NCBI GenBank assembly: GCA_964372875.1
Contig: CAYJTB010000004.1
Location: 4,343-68,342, forward strand
Length of the DNA: 64,000 nucleotides
Direction of reading: 5' to 3'
Source: an uncultured bacterium
GTDB taxonomy: Bacteria > Omnitrophota > Omnitrophia > Omnitrophales > JACQLI01
Part shown: one piece after another, positions 56,877 through 64,000 of the stretch
How the letters are laid out: each line of letters begins with the position of its first letter
Position numbering within the stretch: the first letter of the stretch is position 1
Translations under genes and position numbers: made by a program
Notes under the pieces: generated by a model
Database searches by the model: none
Told to the model about the DNA's origin: nothing
The model's input: only the letters and a program-made list of their open reading frames with translations

Positions 56877-58079
56877 ATGAAAGTACTTCACGTTATTCCG
56901 GCAGTGGCGGCTTCCTACGGAGGACCGAGTCAGGCGATTATAGAAATCTGCCATGCCTCCCAAAAGGCGGGTATCACGGTAGAAATCGCGACAACAAATG
57001 CCGACGGAAAAGGAAAGCCTAAGATCTCCAACGAGATCTTCCTCCACAAAAATATTCCAACCCATTTCTTTCCCAGGACCTTCAACTCTGAATACAAATT
57101 TTCATGGCGTATGACGAAATGGTTAGAAAAAAACGTTAGAAAATTCGACCTTCTTCATATCCACTCTATTTTTTGCTATTCCACCACCATCGCAGCCCAT
57201 TTCGCCGGAAAATTTAATGTGCCCTATATTATTCGCCCCGCCGGAGTCCTCGACCCTTGGCCCATGAGGCAGCATCGGCTGAAAAAACAGTTTTACTTGG
57301 ATTGGCTGGAACGCAGCAACCTAAACCACGCCGCCGCCATTCACTGCACCTCGGAAAAAGAGAGAGAGTCAGTGGTCCGGTTTGGTTTTGAAGCGCAGCC
57401 GGTCGTTCTTTCTTTGAGCCTTGAGATCGACGAAAAATTTAGAAATCTCGAAAAGGGCCTGTTCCGGAAAAGACACTCCAAATTCGGAAATAAAAAACTG
57501 ATTGTTTTCTTATCGCGGATTCATAAGAAGAAGGGAATTGAACTTCTGATTGATTCATTGTCTCGCATTCGAGGCTCGCTGCCGGATTTCCTTCTGGTGA
57601 TTGCAGGGAACGGAAGGGATCATTACGAAAGGCTTATCAAGAAAAAAATAAAAGAATCCAAGTTGGAAGCCCAAACGTTTTTCACGGGATTTCTGCAAGA
57701 TACGGCAAAATACCAGCTTTTGAAAGATGCCGATCTTTTCGTCCTTCCTTCTTATCAGGAAAATTTCGGTTTTTCCGTAATTGAAGCAATGCAAATGGGG
57801 GTGCCGGTGATTGTTTCTTGCCACGTAGATATTTCAAAAGAAATAGAATCTTTTAAGGCCGGCCGAGCTATCCCTTGCGATGCCGGCACGCTCGGCCAGA
57901 CGATCCATGATTTGCTTAAGGATGACTCAGAAAGATGCCAAATGGGGGAAAATGCAAAACGGCTCGTGGCGGAAAAATTCGGTCGGGAAAAGATGACCGA
58001 AGGTCTCCTTCTTTTATATCAGTCAATTCTCGAAAAAAGAAAACCCGCTCTGTGCGCACCCTCTCAACCATTGTCCTGA
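56877..58079 (+). CDS. Glycosyltransferase family 4.
   Basis: An N-terminal GGP motif (YGGPSQ) and a C-terminal ENFGFSVIEAMQMGVPVIVS. Confidence 0.75.
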   Translation: MKVLHVIPAVAASYGGPSQAIIEICHASQKAGITVEIATTNADGKGKPKISNEIFLHKNIPTHFFPRTFNSEYKFSWRMTKWLEKNVRKFDLLHIHSIFCYSTTIAAHFAGKFNVPYIIRPAGVLDPWPMRQHRLKKQFYLDWLERSNLNHAAAIHCTSEKERESVVRFGFEAQPVVLSLSLEIDEKFRNLEKGLFRKRHSKFGNKKLIVFLSRIHKKKGIELLIDSLSRIRGSLPDFLLVIAGNGRDHYERLIKKKIKESKLEAQTFFTGFLQDTAKYQLLKDADLFVLPSYQENFGFSVIEAMQMGVPVIVSCHVDISKEIESFKAGRAIPCDAGTLGQTIHDLLKDDSERCQMGENAKRLVAEKFGREKMTEGLLLLYQSILEKRKPALCAPSQPLS

Positions 58080-58903
58080 CTTATAACGAAGAGAAGAATC
58101 TCGAAACCTGTTTGAGAAGTCTTCAATCTTTGGATGCAGAGGTCTTCATTGTTGACTCAGGCAGTAGTGACCGAACCCTTGAAATCGCGAGCCGCTACAC
58201 GGAAAAAATTTATACCCACCCTTTCGAAACCCATGCCAAACAATGGAATTGGGCGTTTCAAAATCTTCCTCTCTCGGGCGATTGGATTTTAGCTTTGGAT
58301 GCCGATCAAAGGTTGACTCCCGAACTTCAAGAGGAAATTCAACAAGATGTTTTAAGGGGCGCTCCCTCTCAAATCGGCGGTTTCTATATCAAGCGCCGCC
58401 AAATTTTTCGAAATCGCTGGATCCGTCACGGGAGCTATTATCCTAAATACCTTCTCAAATTATTTCGCAAAGGAGAAGGCCATTCTGATGAAAATGAATT
58501 ATTGGATTTTCGGTTTTATGTGCGCAGAAAAACAACTAAACTTCGATGCGACTTAATTGAGGACAACCAAAAAGACAACGACCTTAACATTTGGATGGCT
58601 AAACACATCCGCTTTGCCGAGATTCAGGCGCGTGAAGAATTCTTACGCCGGAAAAATGGGATAGCCTGGAGTATCAAACCCGCTTTTATGGGGTCACCCG
58701 ATCAAAGAACCTTACTGCTTAAGGGCCTTTGGCACCGGCTGCCCCTTTATGTGAGGCCTTTTCTATATTTTTTTTACCGTTATTTTCTAAGGTTCGGATT
58801 CCTCGACGGCAAAGAAGGTTTTATTTTCCATTTCTTGCAAGGATTGTGGTATCGACTACTCATAGATATTCATCTGGATGAATTGAGGAAAAAAAACGAA
58901 TGA
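58052..58903 (+). CDS. Glycosyltransferase family 2.
   Basis: A GTG start giving (M)RTLSTIVLTYNEEKNL and a DSGSSD motif. It overlaps the upstream GT4 gene by 28 nt. Confidence 0.65.
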   Translation: MRTLSTIVLTYNEEKNLETCLRSLQSLDAEVFIVDSGSSDRTLEIASRYTEKIYTHPFETHAKQWNWAFQNLPLSGDWILALDADQRLTPELQEEIQQDVLRGAPSQIGGFYIKRRQIFRNRWIRHGSYYPKYLLKLFRKGEGHSDENELLDFRFYVRRKTTKLRCDLIEDNQKDNDLNIWMAKHIRFAEIQAREEFLRRKNGIAWSIKPAFMGSPDQRTLLLKGLWHRLPLYVRPFLYFFYRYFLRFGFLDGKEGFIFHFLQGLWYRLLIDIHLDELRKKNE

Positions 58904-58970
58904 TCATCCTCGGAATCAACGCCTATCACGGCGATGCAGCGATAATTCCGAAGAGTGGTTATTGACGTTT
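58902..58970 (+). pseudogene. Orphan 5' fragment (22 codons) duplicating the start of the carbamoyltransferase gene at 59555.
   Basis: MIILGINAYHGDAAIIPKSGY* against the intact MIILGINAYHGDASAALIVDG. Its ATG overlaps the GT2 stop (aATGAtc) as an operon-coupled start would. Confidence 0.6.
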
Positions 58971-59237
58971 GAGAAATCGCTCGATTTCGTCATGATTTCC
59001 ATACAAGGCAAGGTAATAATCAATGCCGATCTTCTTCATGATGATCCGATTCTTAAGGTCTACGCGAATCTCAAATTTATCCATGGCTAATTTCTTAAAG
59101 CCGAGTCCCGCGTTCATTTCTCCCGTTCGAATGAAGTGATCGAACGCCAAGAGAGATTTTTCTACAGATCGAGCTTCTTGACCTCTCAGTTTTTGAATCT
59201 GTTTGAGGAAGGTGGGAAGATAAAAAACGCGGCTCAC
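58959..59237 (-). CDS. RelE/ParE-family type II toxin-like protein.
   Basis: A roughly 92-aa basic protein with a FEIRV...IIM..IG..YYLALYG.H pattern. It is translationally coupled to the upstream AbrB/MazE-like gene. Confidence 0.5.
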   Translation of the reverse strand: MSRVFYLPTFLKQIQKLRGQEARSVEKSLLAFDHFIRTGEMNAGLGFKKLAMDKFEIRVDLKNRIIMKKIGIDYYLALYGNHDEIERFLKRQ

Positions 59238-59491
59238 GAACGCTTGAAAAGCTGCCGAACTTGCTCAGTCCCCCGAACGGGAACTGCCTGGTCTTTTTCT
59301 TGCGCTACAATGTGGTCAAGTCCCTCCAACGCCGTCTTTGAATAAAGAGGTTCCGGGGTAATGGGGATGATATGAATAATATTGTGGTCGACAACCACTT
59401 GGACGTAGCGCTCTGGGCCGAAGTTCACTTTCTCTGCAACTTCTTTAGGGATATTGAGTTGATTCCGACCATTGATTCGGGTAATGTTCAT
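59234..59491 (-). CDS. AbrB/MazE/SpoVT-family antitoxin-like DNA-binding protein.
   Basis: MNITRINGRNQLNIPKEVAEKVNF is a swapped-hairpin beta-barrel motif. The start is taken at the internal Met (59491). Confidence 0.5.
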   Translation of the reverse strand: MNITRINGRNQLNIPKEVAEKVNFGPERYVQVVVDHNIIHIIPITPEPLYSKTALEGLDHIVAQEKDQAVPVRGTEQVRQLFKRS

Positions 59492-59554
59492 CTTGGTCTC
59501 CTTGAGTAAAGGTAGCATAAGTACGTAATAAATGCAAATACTTATTAGATATCA

Positions 59555-61315
59555 ATGATTATCCTCGGAATTAATGCGTATCACGGTGATGCATCGGCGG
59601 CGCTCATTGTCGACGGAAAGCTCGTCTGTGCGATTGAGGAAGAGCGGCTTAATAGGATCAAACATTCGGCGGGGCTTCCAAGCCAAGCCGCGCGTGAAGT
59701 CTTGGCTCAAGCCGGAATTTCTGCTGATGATATTAACTTCATTTCTACTTCAAGAAATCCGGCCGCGAATCTTTTTCCTAAACTCGGGTTTATTTTAAAG
59801 ACGAAACCCCCGGTTTCATTTTTAAAGGATCGTCTTAGCGTTGCAGCTCATTCCAGAAATTTTCTGGGAAATCCGGCTGTCCTTTTAGAAGAAAATAAGA
59901 CTTTGAAGACAAAAGGCATCGCGGTCGAACATCATCTCTCGCACGCGGCAAGCGCCTTTTACCCGTCCGGCTTCGAGCGCGCGGCACTTCTTACGGTTGA
60001 CGGTTTCGGCGATTTCTCAAGCACGATGTTTGGCGAGGGAGTCGGAAACCGCATCAAAGTATTAAAACGCGTCCTTTTTCCGCATTCCTTAGGCGTCCTT
60101 TACACCGCCGCGACACAATTTTTAGGGTTTCCTAAATACGGTGATGAATATAAGGTGATGGGGCTTGCAGGCTTCGGTGAGCCTAGATTTTTAAAAGAAT
60201 TTCGCGAGATGATCCATTTAGAATCCGACGGGACCTTTAAATTAAATCCCGGCTATTTTCTTCATCCCAAAGGGCAATCGGATATGACGTGGTCGGAAGG
60301 GGAACCCATCTTAGGATCTCTTTATTCCGAAAAATGGATTTCCATTTTTGGTCCCCCGCGCCACCCCGAAGAAAAATTAAGCCGGAGAGACAAAGATATC
60401 GCTGCTTCAACGCAAGCTATTTTTGAAGAAGTCTATTTCCATCTGATGAATCATCTCTATGAAAAAACAAAACTTGAAAATCTTTGCCTTGCAGGCGGAT
60501 GTGCGATGAACAGTCTCGCCAATGGAAAGATTTTTGATAAAACTTCTTTCAGGAAAGTTTACATCCAGGCCGCTGCAGGTGATGCCGGCACGGCCATCGG
60601 GAGTGCATTTTATGTAGCGCATCACCGGTTAAACCAGCCGCGCAATTTTGTGATGGATCACGCCTATTGGGGACCTGAATTTTCAAAAAGTCAGGTCGAG
60701 CAGGAATTGAAATTAAAAAGAGAAGAACTCAAAAAAACGGGATGTGATATCCGCGAACTGGATGAAAATTTACTCTACCGAGAAACTGCAAAAGTTATTG
60801 CCGGCGGAAAAATCGTAGGATGGTTTCAAGGCAAGATGGAATGGGGAGCTCGCGCGCTTGGAAACCGAAGTATTCTCGTGGATCCGCGCCATCCAGGAAT
60901 GAAAGATATTCTTAATCAAAGAATCAAGCACCGGGAAGGATTTCGTCCCTTTGCCCCCTCTGTTTTAGAAGAGAAGGCAAGCGAGTGGTTTGAAATGAAA
61001 ACCGGATCCTCGCCTTTTATGAATCTTGTTTTTCCAGTCCTGCCGGAAAAAAAAGAAAGAATTCCTGCAGTCACGCATGTAGACGGAACGGCAAGAATTC
61101 ATACGGTCACAGAAAAGACCAACGCCTCTTATGCTCGCTTGATCCGCGAGTTTGAAAAATTAACGGGCGTTCCTATGCTTTTAAACACCTCTTTTAATGA
61201 AAATGAGCCTATTGTTTGCTTACCCCGCGAGGCCCTTGAATGTTTTTTGAGGACGCAAATGGATGTCCTCGTACTGGGCCCTTATTTTATTGAGAAGAGA
61301 AGCACATCAACCTAA
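59555..61315 (+). CDS. Carbamoyltransferase of the NodU/CmcH family.
   Basis: ILGINAYHGDASAAL N-terminus, an HHLSHAASAF motif and a C-terminal YrdC-like/Kae1-like domain organisation. About 586 aa. Confidence 0.85.
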   Translation: MIILGINAYHGDASAALIVDGKLVCAIEEERLNRIKHSAGLPSQAAREVLAQAGISADDINFISTSRNPAANLFPKLGFILKTKPPVSFLKDRLSVAAHSRNFLGNPAVLLEENKTLKTKGIAVEHHLSHAASAFYPSGFERAALLTVDGFGDFSSTMFGEGVGNRIKVLKRVLFPHSLGVLYTAATQFLGFPKYGDEYKVMGLAGFGEPRFLKEFREMIHLESDGTFKLNPGYFLHPKGQSDMTWSEGEPILGSLYSEKWISIFGPPRHPEEKLSRRDKDIAASTQAIFEEVYFHLMNHLYEKTKLENLCLAGGCAMNSLANGKIFDKTSFRKVYIQAAAGDAGTAIGSAFYVAHHRLNQPRNFVMDHAYWGPEFSKSQVEQELKLKREELKKTGCDIRELDENLLYRETAKVIAGGKIVGWFQGKMEWGARALGNRSILVDPRHPGMKDILNQRIKHREGFRPFAPSVLEEKASEWFEMKTGSSPFMNLVFPVLPEKKERIPAVTHVDGTARIHTVTEKTNASYARLIREFEKLTGVPMLLNTSFNENEPIVCLPREALECFLRTQMDVLVLGPYFIEKRSTST

Positions 61316-61377
61316 AACCTCGAATCCTGATCCTTGACCGGTTTTTTTTCCCCGACGAGCAGGCCACTTCGATTTAT

Positions 61378-62562
61378 TTGAAAGAACTCACCGAAGGCCT
61401 TGCGGATAAATTTGATTTTGAGATTTTATGCGGACCCCCGCTCGTTGTTACAGGAAAAACAGATGTCCCCTCACCCTTCCCTCTCCCCGCTGGGGAGAGG
61501 GTTGGGGTGAGGGGCGTGAAAGTTCATCAAGTCCCAACCCTCAAACTCCCTAAACAAATTTTATTTGCAAGGGTTTTCAATGATTTAAGTTTTCTTATTT
61601 TTGCATTCTTACGCGGACTTTTCATTGCTACACCCGATCTCGTAGTTTCCCAGACTTCTCCACCAGGGATATGGTGGGTTGCTTGCGCCTTGAGCTTTTG
61701 GTACGGAAGAAAATGGATTCATATTTCTAAAGATACTTTCCCTGAAAATTTAAGAGTTCTTGCCCGGGGAAAATACGGGAAACTTTTTTCTGTCTTAGAA
61801 CATTTCAATAAACTGGTTCTTGACCAGGCAGAAAAAATTCTTGTCATCGGGGATGATATGAAAGAAATTTTCTTAGCCAAAGGGTTCCCCTCTAAAAAAA
61901 TTATCAGAACCTCAGATTGGGTAGATTTGAATTTCATCCACCCCATGCCTAAGAAGAATCCGTTTAGTAAGAAATACGGGCTTGATCAAAAATTTGTAGT
62001 CCTTTACGCGGGCAATTTCGGAAGGATTTACAATTTCGAGGATCTTTTCGCAGTTGCAGGAAAATTTTTGTCTAGCTCCGATGTTTTGTTTGTTTTAGTG
62101 GGCGAAGGGGCTATGAAAAAAGAACTGCAGAAGGAAGCCGAATTTCGCGAACTCCATAATGTCCGGTTCTTTCCTTTTGAAGAACGCTCCAAACTTTCTG
62201 AGGTCTTGGCAGCCGCGGATATCAGTATAATTTTACTCGCAAAGGGAATGGAAGGACTTTCTATGCCCAGCAAAATCTATTCAATTTTGGCAAGCGGGCG
62301 TCCGATTATAGCTTGCGTGGAGCCCGAAAGCGATATTGCCAAAATGGTTCAAGAATCCAACGCCGGCTTTGTGGTCTCTCCCGGTCAGCCCGAAGAGTTT
62401 GAGCACTCCATCAAGAACTTTCTTGAAAACAGGGAACTCCTTCAAAAAGCGGGACTCAATGCACGTCAGTTTGTTGAACAAAAGGATTTCCAGTCAAGAG
62501 CCCTCCAGGATTATGAGCGTGTTTTCCGCGAAGTCTTGGAGGGTCATACGCTCTTAAAGTAA
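61378..62562 (+). CDS. Glycosyltransferase family 4 (WcaI-like). Homology extends upstream of the annotated start without a canonical start codon.
   Basis: C-terminal GT-B motifs. The in-frame upstream sequence ILILDRFFFPDEQATSIYLKEL resembles a WcaI-type N-terminus, but only ATC/CTG/TTG candidates follow the stop at 61291. Confidence 0.65.
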   Translation: MKELTEGLADKFDFEILCGPPLVVTGKTDVPSPFPLPAGERVGVRGVKVHQVPTLKLPKQILFARVFNDLSFLIFAFLRGLFIATPDLVVSQTSPPGIWWVACALSFWYGRKWIHISKDTFPENLRVLARGKYGKLFSVLEHFNKLVLDQAEKILVIGDDMKEIFLAKGFPSKKIIRTSDWVDLNFIHPMPKKNPFSKKYGLDQKFVVLYAGNFGRIYNFEDLFAVAGKFLSSSDVLFVLVGEGAMKKELQKEAEFRELHNVRFFPFEERSKLSEVLAAADISIILLAKGMEGLSMPSKIYSILASGRPIIACVEPESDIAKMVQESNAGFVVSPGQPEEFEHSIKNFLENRELLQKAGLNARQFVEQKDFQSRALQDYERVFREVLEGHTLLK

Positions 62563-62565
62563 GTC

Positions 62566-63900
62566 ATGCAGATCTCAAAGCGAAGTCTTCTTCTGGTCAT
62601 TTTTGATCTTCTCTCAATTGTCGTTGCCTATCTCTTTGGTTGTTTGCTTCAGCTCGGATTTCAAAATCTACGGTCGGCCTACTCACCTTTTCTTTACCTC
62701 GCCCTTTTTCTTTTCCCCGTTCTTTTTTTTATTTTCGACCTTTATTACCCGTTTAAATATTTCAAGACGGTTCAAGTCTTTATCGAAGTGGTCTTTAGCG
62801 TTTCCCTTGGCATGATCGCTTGCGCCGCCTTGAGCTATATGGACCGGTCATTTACCCTGCCCCGCTTCGTTTTCCTTTACACAACCCTTTTACTTGTGCC
62901 CCTCATTTTAGTAAGCCGCGCAATTTATGATGGAATGTTCCGTGCAAAATTTTTTAATCGGCGGGTTTTGATTTTCGGAACAGGGACACTCGCTTCGGAA
63001 ATTGCGAAGGCAATTCAAGGAACTCCTCATTCGGGAATTGAGATCATCGGGTTTGTCTATGGAAGTACCAAGGTTGCGTCAAATTCAAAGAATGAAATTC
63101 CCATTTTAGGATCGGGCGGAGAACTCCCTTCCTTTATTGAAAAATTTAAAATTCACTACGTTATTCTTGCTTTGGAATCGGGAGAAGAGGCCTCGCAAGG
63201 AAAAGAGCTTTCCATGCTTGTAAAACACCGCAGCGCTGCGGTGATAAGCGCACTTTACCTCTTCGAAAAACTCGAAGGTCTCATCCCTTTCAAATTCTTC
63301 GATAGCTATTACTTATTGGAACTGGCCTCCCGTGTTAAAACGCGGACCTACCTTCGCTTCAAACGTTTTACCGATCTTTTTTTCGCTGCGCTTCTTCTTA
63401 TTATTTTGTCTCCCGTTTTTCTTGTGACAGTTCTCATCTTGAGTTTCCAAGGTGCAGGCAATATTTTTTTCATTCAGGAAAGGATCGGCAAAGACAGAAA
63501 ACCATTTCAATTGATCAAATTCAGGTCGATGATTGAAATTAAAAGGGGAAAGCAAACCATTACAAGCTTCGGAAAATGGATGCGCAGATACCGGATTGAC
63601 GAGATGCCCCAGCTTATCAATGTGTTAAAAGGGGATATGAGTTTGATTGGGCCAAGACCCGAGATTCCTTATTTTGTGAAACGCTCGCTGAAGCGCATTC
63701 CTTTTTATGACGTGGTATTTTCCGTCAAGCCGGGGCTGACAGGGTGGGCGCAGGTCAAATTTGGCTACACGACTTCAGTGAAAGATTATGACCGGAAACT
63801 TTGTTACAATTTATATTATCTAAAAAATATTTCTGCCACACTTGATCTTGTCATACTTCTCAAAACCATCCGAGTCGTTCTCTTGGGCGCCGGGAAGTAA
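62566..63900 (+). CDS. Polyprenyl-phosphate sugar phosphotransferase (bacterial sugar transferase, WbaP/WcaJ-like).
   Basis: N-terminal TM helices and a C-terminal PF02397 domain (KRFTDLFFAALLLIILSPVFL...KFRSM...DEMPQLINVLKGDMSLIGPRP). Confidence 0.85.
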   Translation: MQISKRSLLLVIFDLLSIVVAYLFGCLLQLGFQNLRSAYSPFLYLALFLFPVLFFIFDLYYPFKYFKTVQVFIEVVFSVSLGMIACAALSYMDRSFTLPRFVFLYTTLLLVPLILVSRAIYDGMFRAKFFNRRVLIFGTGTLASEIAKAIQGTPHSGIEIIGFVYGSTKVASNSKNEIPILGSGGELPSFIEKFKIHYVILALESGEEASQGKELSMLVKHRSAAVISALYLFEKLEGLIPFKFFDSYYLLELASRVKTRTYLRFKRFTDLFFAALLLIILSPVFLVTVLILSFQGAGNIFFIQERIGKDRKPFQLIKFRSMIEIKRGKQTITSFGKWMRRYRIDEMPQLINVLKGDMSLIGPRPEIPYFVKRSLKRIPFYDVVFSVKPGLTGWAQVKFGYTTSVKDYDRKLCYNLYYLKNISATLDLVILLKTIRVVLLGAGK

Positions 63901-63948
63901 GTCAAAGGTTATGCCGGGATTAGCCGAAAAATAAGCATCATCAAAACT

Positions 63949-64000
63949 ATGAAAAAAGCCTTAATTACGGGTATTACAGGGCAGGATGGATCTTATCTGG
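63949..64000 (+). CDS. gmd: GDP-mannose 4,6-dehydratase (5' end only). It continues beyond the window.
   Basis: The MKKALITGITGQDGSYL N-terminal signature. Confidence 0.65.
   Translation, partial: MKKALITGITGQDGSYL

Noticed and set aside
1-64000. tRNA or rRNA genes, CRISPR arrays, and transposase, integrase or IS elements.
   Set aside because: No tRNA-like cloverleaf-capable GC-rich 75-nt segments with T-loop GTTCRANYC were seen. There are no regularly spaced direct repeats with spacers. No ORF shows DDE, tyrosine-recombinase or serine-recombinase signatures. This is despite four cassette insertions.

Overview
The window splits into two parts. Positions 1 to about 18.3 kb are housekeeping and metal-homeostasis genes on both strands. 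These include an M20 amidohydrolase (5'-truncated by the window edge), a ThiO-like FAD oxidase, a VKOR-like membrane protein, a K+-independent membrane H+-pyrophosphatase, the c-di-AMP synthase CdaA, ZnuA/ZnuB-type metal ABC transporter components, an outer-membrane-like protein, HldD, a deoxyhypusine-synthase-like protein, a lipoprotein tyrosine phosphatase, FolB, a RumA/TrmA-family RNA methyltransferase, MgtE, QueF and PyrE. After a roughly 290-nt AT-rich spacer carrying a sigma70-like promoter, a small HTH (excisionase/AlpA-like) gene and a NusG/RfaH/UpxY-family antiterminator paralog head a plus-strand glycan biosynthesis locus that runs from 19.5 kb to beyond 64 kb. This locus encodes two AsnB-like amidotransferases, many GT4 and GT2 glycosyltransferases, a GT-C membrane glycosyltransferase, two CgeB-family glycosyltransferases and several SDR sugar epimerases/dehydratases, one of them CDP-paratose-2-epimerase-like. 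It also encodes class I SAM methyltransferases, an FkbM methyltransferase that appears frameshifted, a NodU/CmcH carbamoyltransferase, a NeuB-NeuC-NeuA nonulosonic (sialic-like) acid module and a Wzm/Wzt ABC exporter in which Wzt carries a C-terminal glycan-binding extension. The locus ends with a polyprenyl-phosphate sugar phosphotransferase and the start of Gmd. Two things stand out. First, a family of short palindromic elements with termini GTCATTSYGAGC...GCTCRRAATGAC containing UUCG-type hairpins. Two copies are intergenic, and one 113-nt copy is inserted in frame inside the first AsnB-like gene, comparable to Rickettsia palindromic elements. Second, four small accessory cassettes sit inside the glycan locus. 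They are an AbiEi/AbiEii type IV TA module plus a solitary MNT and a truncated GT/MTase block, an MNT/HEPN pair, an AAA+ DUF4143 ATPase, and a RelE/AbrB-like pair. Each is bounded by an imperfect or perfect duplication of the terminus of the gene it interrupts, which suggests homology-guided cassette capture and turnover. No tRNA or rRNA gene, CRISPR array, transposase or integrase was found.
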